From sequence record DRR378314_107: DNA of 64,000 nt. One strand, written 5' to 3'. Each line of letters starts with the position of its first letter. Positions within the stretch are counted from its first letter, which is position 1. Positions 1 to 10,294 of this stretch are shown one piece after another. Made by a program: the position numbers and the translations under genes. The notes beneath the pieces are model-generated. The model did no database searches. It was given only the letters and a program-made list of their open reading frames with translations, and was not told the origin of the DNA.

Positions 1-699
1 GCCGAACCAGCCCATCCACAGGATGAAGGTACCCAGGGTCGCCAGCGGCAGGTTGGCACCGGGGATGGCGTGGATCTCGCCGTTCGGGCCGTACTTGCCT
101 TTACGGGCGCCCAGCAGCAGCACACCGGCCAGGGCGGCGGCCGCACCGGCCATGTGCACGATGCCGGAACCGGCGAAGTCGGAGAAGCCCAGATCACCCA
201 GGTTGTACATGCCGAACACGTCGACGCCGCCCCAGGTCCAGGCGCCTTCCATCGGGTAGATGAAACCGGTCATGACCACCGCGAACGCCAGGAAGGCCCA
301 CAGCTTCATACGCTCGGCCACGGCACCGGAAACGATGGACATGGCGGTGGCGACGAACACTACCTGGAAGAAGAAATCGGACGCGCCGGAGTAGACCGAG
401 CCGCCGTCAAAACCCGCTTCCGCGGAGTCCGCCAGCACACCGGCCAGATCAAAGGCTTCAATGCCGTTCAGGAAGATGCCGCCGCCGTACATGATCGAAT
501 AACCGCAGACCAGGTACATCAGGCAGGCGATGGCGAACAGCGCCACGTTCTTGGTGAGAATTTCGGTGGTGTTTTTAGCACGCACCAGGCCGGCTTCGAG
601 CATCGCGAAGCCCGCCGCCATCCACATTACCAGTGCGCCACACACCAGAAAATAAAAGGTGTCGATGGCGTACTGAAGTTCAAAGATTTGATTTTCCAC
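1..699 (-). CDS. amtB: Ammonium transporter (Amt family), 5' part; runs off the left edge
   Basis: Manual translation from GTG at 699: MENQIFELQYAIDTFYFLVCGALVMWMAAGFAMLEAGLVRAKNTTEILTKN. GGAGGG RBS upstream; lies directly downstream of glnK. Confidence 0.93.
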   Translation of the reverse strand, partial: MENQIFELQYAIDTFYFLVCGALVMWMAAGFAMLEAGLVRAKNTTEILTKNVALFAIACLMYLVCGYSIMYGGGIFLNGIEAFDLAGVLADSAEAGFDGGSVYSGASDFFFQVVFVATAMSIVSGAVAERMKLWAFLAFAVVMTGFIYPMEGAWTWGGVDVFGMYNLGDLGFSDFAGSGIVHMAGAAAALAGVLLLGARKGKYGPNGEIHAIPGANLPLATLGTFILWMGWFG

Positions 700-785
700 G
701 TTGCAACCCTCCGAGAATTGGAAGCGTGTTCAGGACCTTGGCATGGGTCGTGTTACACATTTCTCTAAACGTAAGCTTCTAAACT

Positions 786-1157
<372 letters not shown>

Positions 1158-1232
1158 TTAACGTCCGTTGGGTTTCAGGCCCCTCTTTGGTTCCCGATCC
1201 ATCCACTCGCGCGAACGCTCTAGCCCGTTATC

Positions 1233-1248
1233 TGCACGACCCATGCCA
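1233..1248 (-). promoter_or_regulatory. sigma54 (-24/-12) promoter of glnK-amtB
   Basis: Minus strand TGGCATGGGTCGTGCA: GG and GC separated by 10 nt, in the expected position. Confidence 0.8.
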
Positions 1249-1312
1249 ATTTTTAAAAGTCACGCATTTTCAGAGGGTTAGAACTGCAACCCCGGGGTGT
1301 TCCGGGGTCGGT

Positions 1313-1359
1313 TGCGGCAATATAGTGCACCATTGCGGGGCACTTCCCAAAATGGTGCA
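1313..1359. promoter_or_regulatory. Tandem NtrC-type enhancer sites
   Basis: TGCGGCAATATAGTGCA (1313-1329), TGCACCATTGCGGGGCA (1326-1342) and CTTCCCAAAATGGTGCA (1343-1359) resemble TGCAC-N7-GTGCA, 65-110 bp upstream of the sigma54 site. Confidence 0.75.
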
Positions 1360-1456
1360 CGCCGTTACGGTGCTCTTGAGACGCCCCATAACATCAAGGG
1401 CGGTGGTACCATCGCACCCTGACCCGCCCGTGTTGCAAATAGTGGAGCCTGTGGCC

Positions 1457-1711
1457 ATGCAAAGCCAAGCCTTTCTCGATCGTTTGATGAGCGACATCAG
1501 CCGCCATCTGCCCGGAGACCTGGGGCAATTGCGTCAGGAGGTGGAGCACAGCGTGCGCGCCGTGCTCAATGAGACGCTGACCCGGCTGGATCTGATCAGC
1601 CGTGAGGAATTCGAGATTCAGCAGCAGGTGCTGGAGCGCACCCGCGCCCGGCTGGAAGCTCTGGAGAAGGAAGTGGCGGCGCTGGAAAGCGCCGCCGGAG
1701 AGAAGTCGTAG
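1457..1711 (+). CDS. ubiK: Ubiquinone biosynthesis accessory factor UbiK (YqiC/BMFP family), 84 aa
   Basis: LDLISREEFEIQQQVLERTRARLEALE coiled-coil signature; divergent from glnK, a common arrangement. Confidence 0.88.
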   Translation: MQSQAFLDRLMSDISRHLPGDLGQLRQEVEHSVRAVLNETLTRLDLISREEFEIQQQVLERTRARLEALEKEVAALESAAGEKS

Positions 1712-1732
1712 AGGAAACCCGCGGCGAGGGTT

Positions 1733-4699
1733 TCAGAACGTCCAGCCGAAACGGATCTGGCCGCCGTGATCGGCACGGCCGTCACCGGTCTCGCCCTGAT
1801 AGCCCAGGTTAAGGGTGGCGCGCGGCGCCAGCAGCCAGGTGAGGCCGGCTTCCATCACCAGGGTGTCCTCGGCCAGCGGCGCCCCTTCGACGGTGAAGGC
1901 GTCGCCACCGGCGAAGCGCAGGGATGTTTCCGGCGTGGTGTCTCCAAACGCATGGCGCCAGCCTAAAGAGCTGTACAGACGCGTGGCCGGATTGCCGGGC
2001 AAGGTGACGAAGGCACGCGTGCCCAGGGTGGTGAAGGTGGTGTCCAGGCTGTCCCGGTCACCCTGCAGGGCGGCGTCGCCGCCACGCTCATCGCCGTCAC
2101 GCAGGGTCACCCGCACCTGGGCCAGCCGCGCGAAGGGCTCCACGCCCCGCTCCACGCCGAAGCGGCGGGCGCCTTCAATGAACGCCTGCCAGGTGTCCGC
2201 CTTGCGGTCACTGGTAAGGGTCTCGTCCATGGCGCCCACCACGGCCCGGCGGCGGCCGTCGATCCGCTGGTGGCTGTAGAAGGCGCCGCCACGCAGGGCG
2301 CCGGCGCCCAGACGCCGCTCACCGAACACACCGGCATGAACGCTGTCGATATCGGCGCGGCCACGCTGTTCGGCGAGCGCCAGATTGGTTCGGCCGTAGC
2401 CCACCAGCATGCCGGCGCGTCCGCCGTCGGCGAACACCCGGTCCACGCCCAGCAAGGCACCGTGCGTGTCCCGGTCCCGGTGGGCCGTGCCTGAATCCCC
2501 GTCGGTGCCACCTTTGTTACCGTAGCCACTCACCCAGGCGGTAACGCCTTCGCCACGCGCCAGTGTGGTGGCGGCGGCCCGGTCCTCGTCACGGAAACGG
2601 GCCATGGCGGCGTCGCGCAGCAGTTGGCTGTCCTCCGCCAGCGCGCCCAGGGCGCTGGCGTGCAGTTCACCGGACAAGCTGTCGTAGGCGGCGGCCAGAG
2701 CGCGGGGGGAGACCGTCTGCATCGCCACTTCATCATGCAGCGCCTGCCCGGCGCCGAGACTTTCCACACCGCTCGCCGCGGCACGCTGATTGGGTGTACG
2801 GGCGAGGGCGGCGAACCGCACGTCGTTGCGGCGCAGTTCCAGATCCACGTTATTGGTGTCGTAGAGCAGGCTGGCGTCCAGGAACAGGTAGTCGGAATCG
2901 GCGGCGTCGAAACGGCCGCTCAAACCGCCGTCGGCGGTGAGAATGCGGTAGCGGCTGATCGGCCGGTATTCACCGGCCTCGCCCACATGCACCACGGAAC
3001 CGTCCAGGGTGGCGACACCGGTAACCCGCACATGGTCCGCGGCACTGCCGGTGGGGTCGACTTCCACTTCAAACTCGGCCCCGTCCTGAAACTGCAGGTC
3101 GCCATTGACGGTCAGGGCGCCGATCGAATTGCCCGGCGCCAGGGCCGCGCCGTCGTGAATCACCGTGCTGCCCACGCTGCCGCTGCCCTGCAAGCGGGCG
3201 CCGTCGTACACGTCCAGGGTGCCGGCCAGGGCGCCGTCCACCGACAACACCCCGGCGTTCACCTGGTGATGGCCGTTAAAACCGGCGGCGTCGCCGGTGA
3301 GCGACAAGGTGCCGCTGCCGATCATGTCCAGGGCGCCGCTGCCGGCGCTGATATTGCCGCTGAACACCGTATCGCCGGCGCCGTCCACGGTGAGCAGGAA
3401 ATCGTTCAGCTCCAGGTCGCCGGTGAAAGCGGCGGTACCGGCGCCCGCCAGCAGTGTGGTGTCGGTGTTCTGCACGATGTCGTTGCCCAGGGTCACGTCA
3501 CCCCGGGTCGCCAGGGTGCCGCCGTCCAGCTCCAGGGTGCCGTCACCCAGGGCCTGGTCCGCGGCCAGCGTCAGAGTGCCGCCGGTAAGCCGGGAGGTGC
3601 CGGTAAAGCCCGCCGATTCACCGTTCAGAACAGTGTCGCCGGCGCGGTGCTCGATCAGCCCGTCGCCGTTGAACACCGGCAGAAACTGATAGTCCTGACT
3701 GGTGTGGTTGAAGACCAGCGTGCCGTCGCCGGCGCCGAAACGCACCTCCTCGACGTCCAGCACGCCGGCGTCGGTGGCGCCGGTCTCACCGCCCAGGTAT
3801 AGCGTGCCCTTGGAGCCCGCCATACCGGCAATCGCCACCAGGGAGGGCGCGCTTTCGCCGGGCGTGATGCGCACGGTGGCGCCGTCGGCCACGGTGGCCA
3901 GCCCCTCGCCGGCATAGCCGACGTATAAATAGTGGCTGCCGGACCAGAGCGTATCGGCACCGGTCATATGGAGTTCACCGCTGGCGGTGGCTTCCCAGCC
4001 CAGCAGGCCCTGGGCGGTCTCCATGCTGGCGCCGTTGCTCAACGTCATCAGGCCCTGACCGTCCTGCCCCACCGCGGTGTAGTTGGTGCTGCTCAGATGG
4101 CCGCCGTTGAGGTTGATCCGACCGGAGCCGGTTTGATAGCGCCCGAGCACCACATAGGCGTCGGAATGCACGCTGGCGTCAAGGATGGTCAGGTCGCCCT
4201 GGCCGCGCTGACCGGCGGTAAGCGTGGCGGCGATGCTCCAATCGGTGTCCTGGCCTTCCACCAGAACGGTGCCCAGGCTCCCTTCGTTCTGGCCCAGACC
4301 GGTGGCGTTGGACACCACGGTGGCGCCGTCAGCGAAGTGGACATGGGCAATGCCGTCGCCGCCGTACACCTGACCGTCAACGCTGGTGAAGCGCGTGTCC
4401 GGGCCGGTCACCGACAGGGCCCCCTCGGCGTCGGCGAAGTTCCCGACCACGGTGAAGCCCGCATTCACCTCGGCGCCGTCGCTGACATTGAGCATGCCGG
4501 TGTCGTTGAAGCCGACGAACAGGTGGCCGCCGGTGGTCCAGGGATCCGGGCGGTCACCGGGCAGATTCACCACCTGGCCGTTATCGATGACATGGTCCGC
4601 CGGTGCACCCACCGAGGACCCCGCGGCTAGCAGTCCGCACGCCAAAAGCATGACGCGCCCCGAGCCCGCGACCGGGCGGAAAGCGTAAGAAGATTTCAT
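1733..4699 (-). CDS. Autotransporter (type Va) with Gly-rich beta-helix passenger (T5SS/PEP-CTERM-associated-like and autotransporter beta-strand repeats)
   Basis: Signal peptide; VG..G.G.L.(I/V)..G repeats; APGNSIGALTVNG motif; C-terminal beta-barrel ending IRFGWTF. Confidence 0.9.
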   Translation of the reverse strand: MKSSYAFRPVAGSGRVMLLACGLLAAGSSVGAPADHVIDNGQVVNLPGDRPDPWTTGGHLFVGFNDTGMLNVSDGAEVNAGFTVVGNFADAEGALSVTGPDTRFTSVDGQVYGGDGIAHVHFADGATVVSNATGLGQNEGSLGTVLVEGQDTDWSIAATLTAGQRGQGDLTILDASVHSDAYVVLGRYQTGSGRINLNGGHLSSTNYTAVGQDGQGLMTLSNGASMETAQGLLGWEATASGELHMTGADTLWSGSHYLYVGYAGEGLATVADGATVRITPGESAPSLVAIAGMAGSKGTLYLGGETGATDAGVLDVEEVRFGAGDGTLVFNHTSQDYQFLPVFNGDGLIEHRAGDTVLNGESAGFTGTSRLTGGTLTLAADQALGDGTLELDGGTLATRGDVTLGNDIVQNTDTTLLAGAGTAAFTGDLELNDFLLTVDGAGDTVFSGNISAGSGALDMIGSGTLSLTGDAAGFNGHHQVNAGVLSVDGALAGTLDVYDGARLQGSGSVGSTVIHDGAALAPGNSIGALTVNGDLQFQDGAEFEVEVDPTGSAADHVRVTGVATLDGSVVHVGEAGEYRPISRYRILTADGGLSGRFDAADSDYLFLDASLLYDTNNVDLELRRNDVRFAALARTPNQRAAASGVESLGAGQALHDEVAMQTVSPRALAAAYDSLSGELHASALGALAEDSQLLRDAAMARFRDEDRAAATTLARGEGVTAWVSGYGNKGGTDGDSGTAHRDRDTHGALLGVDRVFADGGRAGMLVGYGRTNLALAEQRGRADIDSVHAGVFGERRLGAGALRGGAFYSHQRIDGRRRAVVGAMDETLTSDRKADTWQAFIEGARRFGVERGVEPFARLAQVRVTLRDGDERGGDAALQGDRDSLDTTFTTLGTRAFVTLPGNPATRLYSSLGWRHAFGDTTPETSLRFAGGDAFTVEGAPLAEDTLVMEAGLTWLLAPRATLNLGYQGETGDGRADHGGQIRFGWTF

Positions 4700-4886
4700 T
4701 TTTTGTTCCCCACAACAAAAATAAAGCGTTAGGCGCCATGGTCAGGCGCCTTATTTTTTTGCAAACCAGTTCACAAAACGAATTTGCATTATTACCTTGA
4801 ATTCTGATCAGTAAAATAAGGATATTTACTTAGCTCTTTCTTCAGCGGCCACGCTCTCTTATCTCGGGCAGCGGACGGCACGAGGA

Positions 4887-6794
4887 CTACACCACCGGCG
4901 TGACAATATTGAAGCCCGGCTCGAAGCGGTCGAGCATCAAGAACAGTTCGCTCACCCGGCCGCCGTCGCCGGACACCTGGATCAGCCCGTCCTTAAGCGC
5001 CTGTTCCAGGCTGATCTCGCCAAGCCCGACACGATCCAGATCCGCTTTTTGCATGCGCACCTCCGCATCGGGGCCGGCGTGACGGTGGTCGGCGAGGTGG
5101 GTGAGCACCCCGTTGCGCACCGTCAGCGCGTAATCCTGCTGCAAATCCGGGAAGTGCCAGTTCAGCGTCATCGGTGACGACGCGGCCGCCTCGCTGTTCA
5201 AGCGCACCGCCAGGAACGAGAAGAACAACGACGGCGTCAGGGCGCGCACCAGATCCGGCGGCTGCCCGCCGCGCACCCGTTTGACCCCGCCGCGCAGCTC
5301 CTGGGCGCCGGTCAGGTAGGCGTTCCGCCAGGTGGTGTTTTCACACTGGTAGCCCAGCTGTTCCAGGGCATCGGCCTGCAGAGCGCGGGCCTGATCGTTG
5401 GCGGGATCGGCGAACACCACCTGGTTGACGATCTCGGCCACCCAGCGGTACTCGCCATCGCGGAAGGCGGCGGCGGCTTTTTCCAGCACGCGGTCGGCGC
5501 CGCCCATCCAATCGATGGTGCGCCGGGCGCTGGCCACCGGCGGCAGCGGGTTGAGATGGGCCGGATTGGCGTCGTAGAACCCCATATAGCGCTGGTAGAC
5601 GGCGCGCACATTGTGGCTCACGGAACCGTAGTAATCGCGCGCGTACCAGCGGTTGGCGAGCGGCTGGGGCAGGCTTTTCAGCCGATCAGCGATATCCAGC
5701 GGCGTGAGGCCATGGTTGAGCAGGCGCAGGGTCTCGTCGTTCAAGAACGCGTACATATCACGCTGGTCGGCGAGAAACTCACGAATATTGTCGCCGCCCC
5801 AGGTGGGCCAGTGATGCTGGGCGAACAGCACATCGCTGCGGTCGCCATAGCGGGCCAGCGTCTGCCCCAGGTAATACGACCAGACGCGCGGGTCGCGCAC
5901 CAGGGCGCCGCGAATGGTGAGAATATTGTGCTGGCACTGGCAGGCGTTTTCCGCCACGCACAGGGCCCGCCATTGCGGGAAGTACAGGTTCATCTCGGAG
6001 GGCGCCTCGGTGCCCGGGGTGAGCTGGAATTCAATCTCCACGCCGTCCAGCCTGTGCGTTTCGATGGGCTCGACGATGGAATGGGTGGGCGGGATCAGCG
6101 TTACCGTGCCCCGCGACGTGCCTTTGCCCAGGCCGGCGTCCACCTGACCGCGCGGGCCGCGCGGCAACAGGCCACCGTACATGTACTGGGCACGGCGGTT
6201 CATGGCCGGCCCGGCGAACACATTCTCGCTCACCGTCTCTTCCATGAAGCCGTCCGGCGCGTACACGCGCACCCGGCCCGCGCGCACGTCTTCTTCGCTG
6301 ACCACGCCCTTCACGCCGCCGAAATGATCCACATGGCTGTGGGTGTAAATCACCGCCACCACGGGCCGGCGCGGCCGGTGCCGGTAGTAAAGCTCAAGCG
6401 CGGCGGCGGCCACCTCACTGCTGACCAGGGGATCCATAATGATCAGGCCGGTATCGCCCTCGATCACGTTCATATTGGAGAGGTCGAAACCGCGAATCTG
6501 GTAAATCCGTTCGCACACCTTGAACAGCCCGGCATGGTTGTTCAGCCGCGCCAGCCGCCAGAGGCTGGGGTGCACCGTGTCCGGCGCTTTATCGCTGTCC
6601 TGGAAATCATAGGCGCGGAAATCCCACACCACCCGGCCGTCGGCGTCACGGCGAATCACGTCGGCGTCGAAGTGGGCGATAAAGCCACGGGCGGCGTTAT
6701 CGAAGTCGGCGCGATCGTGAAACGGCAGTCGTTCGTTCCAGGCGTGGTTGCACTCCACCGTGGCGGGTTGAGCGGGCTTGGCTTGGTGGCTCAT
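4887..6794 (-). CDS. Alkyl/aryl sulfatase, SdsA/Bds1-like MBL fold with dimerization and SCP2-like domains
   Basis: YTHSHVDH, TPGTEAPSEM, AENA, QHHWP, YYGSVSHN and RYMGFYDANP motifs. Likely start MSHQAKP; no signal peptide seen. Confidence 0.9.
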   Translation of the reverse strand: MSHQAKPAQPATVECNHAWNERLPFHDRADFDNAARGFIAHFDADVIRRDADGRVVWDFRAYDFQDSDKAPDTVHPSLWRLARLNNHAGLFKVCERIYQIRGFDLSNMNVIEGDTGLIIMDPLVSSEVAAAALELYYRHRPRRPVVAVIYTHSHVDHFGGVKGVVSEEDVRAGRVRVYAPDGFMEETVSENVFAGPAMNRRAQYMYGGLLPRGPRGQVDAGLGKGTSRGTVTLIPPTHSIVEPIETHRLDGVEIEFQLTPGTEAPSEMNLYFPQWRALCVAENACQCQHNILTIRGALVRDPRVWSYYLGQTLARYGDRSDVLFAQHHWPTWGGDNIREFLADQRDMYAFLNDETLRLLNHGLTPLDIADRLKSLPQPLANRWYARDYYGSVSHNVRAVYQRYMGFYDANPAHLNPLPPVASARRTIDWMGGADRVLEKAAAAFRDGEYRWVAEIVNQVVFADPANDQARALQADALEQLGYQCENTTWRNAYLTGAQELRGGVKRVRGGQPPDLVRALTPSLFFSFLAVRLNSEAAASSPMTLNWHFPDLQQDYALTVRNGVLTHLADHRHAGPDAEVRMQKADLDRVGLGEISLEQALKDGLIQVSGDGGRVSELFLMLDRFEPGFNIVTPVV

Positions 6795-6913
6795 CGATAA
6801 TCTCCAGAGGGTAAAGGGTCGCCGCCGCAAGGGGGCTTTGACGCCGTTGTACGCCCGCCTCTTCAATGTTACAAATGCATACTAATCATAATATCAATGC
6901 GTTTGCTGCATCC

Positions 6914-7810
6914 ATGAATCTACGCCGGCTCGAACAGTTGATCGCCCTCGCCGAAGAAGGGTCGTTCGTCAGGGCGGCGGAGCGCACCCATCTCAGCCAG
7001 CCCGCCCTGACCCGGAGCATCCAGCACCTGGAGCACGACCTGGGCATCCGTCTGTTCGACCGCACGCGCCAGGGGGTGGTCCCCACCGCCGCCGGTCAGC
7101 AGCTGGTCGACCGTGCCCGGCGGGTGCTGTTCGAGGTGCGCGGCCTGCGCCGCGACGCCGACCTGATCCGCAACCATGAAATGGGCGAGGTGCGCTTCGG
7201 CGCCGGCTCGTACCCGTCCGCCATTTTATTGCCGGACGTGCTCGCCACCCTGATGAACACCTACCCGGACCTGAAAGTAAAAGCCGAGGTCAACGACTGG
7301 GCCACGCTGCTCGACAAGGTGACCCGGGAAGAACTCGACTTCGCCGTGGTGGAACGGCGCGCGGTACCCCACGATGCGCCCCTGGAAACCCGCCTGCTGG
7401 CGGTGGAAGCGGCGGGCTGGTACGTGCGCGGCGACCACCCCCTGGCCGGTCAGCGTGGCCTGCGGACCCGCGATCTGCGCGGCTATCCTCTGGTGTCGGT
7501 GCCGCTGCCGGACGCCGCGCGCCACCATCTGCGCCGCAAACTCGGCCAGACCCACGGCGAAACCCTGGCCCTGAGCGTGGAGTGCAACGACCTGCTGGCC
7601 CTGCGCGAGGTGGCCACGCGCACCGACGCGGTTCTCAGTGCCACCCCGTCCGTGTGTGAGCAGGCGGTGGCCGAGGGCCGGCTTACCCGTCTGGACATCG
7701 ACGACAGCCATCAGAAGGTGGAATTCGCGGTCGCCTATCTGGCCCACCGCACCCTGTCTCCGGCGGCGCAGACGGCAATCTCACTGATCGAGCGACTGGT
7801 GAGCCCGTGA
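6914..7810 (+). CDS. LysR-family regulator divergent from the sulfatase (SdsB-like position)
   Basis: MNLRRLEQLIALAEEGSFVRAAERTHLSQPALTRSIQ HTH. Confidence 0.92.
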   Translation: MNLRRLEQLIALAEEGSFVRAAERTHLSQPALTRSIQHLEHDLGIRLFDRTRQGVVPTAAGQQLVDRARRVLFEVRGLRRDADLIRNHEMGEVRFGAGSYPSAILLPDVLATLMNTYPDLKVKAEVNDWATLLDKVTREELDFAVVERRAVPHDAPLETRLLAVEAAGWYVRGDHPLAGQRGLRTRDLRGYPLVSVPLPDAARHHLRRKLGQTHGETLALSVECNDLLALREVATRTDAVLSATPSVCEQAVAEGRLTRLDIDDSHQKVEFAVAYLAHRTLSPAAQTAISLIERLVSP

Positions 7811-7918
7811 CGCGGCCCCCCGCCGTGGTCATCACTGACACACGTCGAGCGGATCACGGACAGCAATCGGAGCAGCCGTCGCACAGGCTGGCGTGCCACC
7901 ACCGGTTACTGTGGGGCC

Positions 7919-9409
7919 ATGTCTATCGCCCTTCTTCACAGCCGCGCCACCCTGGGGATCCGCGCCGTACCGGTGCGCGTCGAAATCCATCTGGGTCCGG
8001 GCCTGCCGGGCTTCACCATGGTGGGCCTGCCCGATACCGCCGTGCGCGAGAGCAAGGACCGGGTACGCTCGGCGCTGATCAACGGCGGCTTCCGCATTCC
8101 GCAGCAACGCATCACCGTCAATCTGGCGCCGGCGGACCTGCCCAAGGACGGCGGCCGTTTCGATCTGCCGATCGCGGTGGGCATCCTGCTCGCCAGCGGC
8201 CAGCTGGGGCGGGTGGAATTGAAGGACATGGAATGGATCGGTGAGCTGGCCCTGTCCGGGGCGCTGAGCCCGGTGCCGGCGATCCTGCCCGGCGCCCTGG
8301 CGGCGGCCCGCGCCGGGCATACTCTGGTGGTGCCGGCGGGCAACGGCGACGAAGCCGCCCTGGCCGGCGCCGACACCCTGGCGGTGAACAGCCTCACCGA
8401 GCTGTGCGCGCACCTGAAAGGGGACATCCGGCTGCCGCGCCACACCGCCCCGCCGCCGCCCGGCGACGACGCCGGGCAGAGCCCCTGCCTGTCGCAGATC
8501 CGTGGCCAGCCGGCGGCCAAGCGGGTGCTGGAGATCGCCGCCGCCGGCGGCCATTCCCTGCTGATGGGCGGGCCGCCCGGCGCCGGCAAAAGCATGCTGG
8601 CGTCACGCCTGCCCGGCCTGTTGCCGCCCCTGGAGCGGGACCAGGCCCTGGAGGTGGCGGCGATCCATTCCCTGCGCCAGGCCCGGCCGGCGACCGCCTT
8701 TCTGCAGCCGCCCTACCGGGCGCCGCACCACACCGCGTCCGCCCCGGCGCTGGTGGGCGGTGGCGGACGGCCCCGGCCCGGCGAAATCTCCCTGGCCCAT
8801 GAGGGGGTACTGTTTCTGGATGAATTACCGGAATTCCAGCCCCGGGTGCTGGAGGTACTGCGCGAGCCCCTGGAAACCGGCGAGGTGCACATCGCCCGGG
8901 CCGCTCAGCAGGTGTCGTTCCCTGCCCGTTTTCAGCTGGTGGCGGCGATGAATCCCTGCCCCTGCGGCTACCTGGGTGATCCGGAAAAGGGCTGCGGCTA
9001 TGAATGCGAGAAGGCGAAGCGCTATCAGCGGCGCCTGTCCGGGCCACTGATGGACCGCATCGACCTGCATCTGGAAGTGCCGGCGGTGTCGCCGGACACC
9101 CTGCTGGGCGACGCGGACGGCGAGCCCAGCCGGGTGGTCCGGGCACGGGTGCTCGCCGCCCGGGCACGTCAGATGCATCGTCAGGGCTGCCTGAACAGGG
9201 AGCTCGATGCGGATGGGTTGATGGCGTCGCTGGGCCCGCACAAACCGTGGCTCACCGGCGTCATGGAGCGCCTGGAACTGTCCGCCCGGGCGCTCCACCG
9301 CAGTCTGCGCGTGGCCCGCACCATCGCCGATCTGGCCCACCGGGAGAAGGTGGGCCGGGAGCATCTGCGCGAGGCCCTGAGCTACCGCCAGAACCTGCTC
9401 AACCCCTGA
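7919..9409 (+). CDS. comM: YifB/ComM Mg-chelatase-like AAA+ ATPase
   Basis: VGLPDTAVRESKDRV, NLAPADLPK, Walker A GPPGAGKS, RAPHHTAS, LFLDELPEF, AAMNPCPCG. Confidence 0.93.
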   Translation: MSIALLHSRATLGIRAVPVRVEIHLGPGLPGFTMVGLPDTAVRESKDRVRSALINGGFRIPQQRITVNLAPADLPKDGGRFDLPIAVGILLASGQLGRVELKDMEWIGELALSGALSPVPAILPGALAAARAGHTLVVPAGNGDEAALAGADTLAVNSLTELCAHLKGDIRLPRHTAPPPPGDDAGQSPCLSQIRGQPAAKRVLEIAAAGGHSLLMGGPPGAGKSMLASRLPGLLPPLERDQALEVAAIHSLRQARPATAFLQPPYRAPHHTASAPALVGGGGRPRPGEISLAHEGVLFLDELPEFQPRVLEVLREPLETGEVHIARAAQQVSFPARFQLVAAMNPCPCGYLGDPEKGCGYECEKAKRYQRRLSGPLMDRIDLHLEVPAVSPDTLLGDADGEPSRVVRARVLAARARQMHRQGCLNRELDADGLMASLGPHKPWLTGVMERLELSARALHRSLRVARTIADLAHREKVGREHLREALSYRQNLLNP

Positions 9410-9415
9410 CCGGCG

Positions 9416-10174
9416 TTAAAGCGTGTTGCACAGATGGGCGCCGTCCACCGGGATCGCCGCGCCGCTCATGTAGCTGGAGGCGTCGGAGGCGAGCAGCAAC
9501 AGCGGCCCCACCAGTTCGTCGATCTGGCCCAGGCGGCGGTAAGGGATGCGCTTGATCAGCTTCTCGCCGTGGGGGCCCTGGAAGAATTCCCGGTTGATGT
9601 CGGTTTCCACATAGCCGGGGCAGATGGCGTTGCAGCGGATATTGTGGCGCGCGTAATCCAGGGCGATGGACTGGGTGAACTGAACCACCGCCGCCTTGGC
9701 CACGGTGTAGGGTGCGAGCATGGCGCCCACGCGCAGGCCGAGGATCGAGGCGATGTTGATGATGTTGCCGGGGCGGCCGTCGCGGCGCCATTGCTGGATG
9801 GCGAACTTGCTCACCGCCCAGACGCCGTTCAGGTTGGTGTCCACCACCGCGCTCCAGTCTTCTTCGCTCAGGGTGTCGGTGGCTCCGTCGCGGCTGATGC
9901 CGGCGTTATTGACCACCACATCCAGGGCCGGCATGCGCTCGAAGGCGGCCTCCACGCTGGCGTGGTCGGCCACGTCCATGGGCACCACCACCGCGTCCCG
10001 GCCCAGGGCGCGCACCGCGCCGGCGGTTTCTTCCAGCTTTTCCACGCGCCGCGCGGCGAGCACCAGGTCGGCGCCCTGTTCCGCCAGCACCCGCGCGAAG
10101 TGGGCGCCGAAGCCGCTGGACGCCCCCGTGATCAGAATACGTTTGCCGCTGACGTCGAATCGGTTCTCGCTCAT
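9416..10174 (-). CDS. Short-chain dehydrogenase/reductase
   Basis: TGASSGFG, NNAG, YTVAK. Start MSENRF. Confidence 0.9.
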   Translation of the reverse strand: MSENRFDVSGKRILITGASSGFGAHFARVLAEQGADLVLAARRVEKLEETAGAVRALGRDAVVVPMDVADHASVEAAFERMPALDVVVNNAGISRDGATDTLSEEDWSAVVDTNLNGVWAVSKFAIQQWRRDGRPGNIINIASILGLRVGAMLAPYTVAKAAVVQFTQSIALDYARHNIRCNAICPGYVETDINREFFQGPHGEKLIKRIPYRRLGQIDELVGPLLLLASDASSYMSGAAIPVDGAHLCNTL

Positions 10175-10294
10175 GGGGGTCTCTTTATCAGGTGGAGGAA
10201 TAGGAAAGAAGAGCAAAACCCTAACGCCGGGCGGGGCCGCGCTCAAGCGCCCACGGCGCGCACCGGCGGCGGTTGGGTAAGCGGATGTGTCGGT

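Noticed and set aside
7919-9409. Mobile element interrupting comM, a known insertion hot spot
   Set aside because: The reading frame is intact from start to stop.
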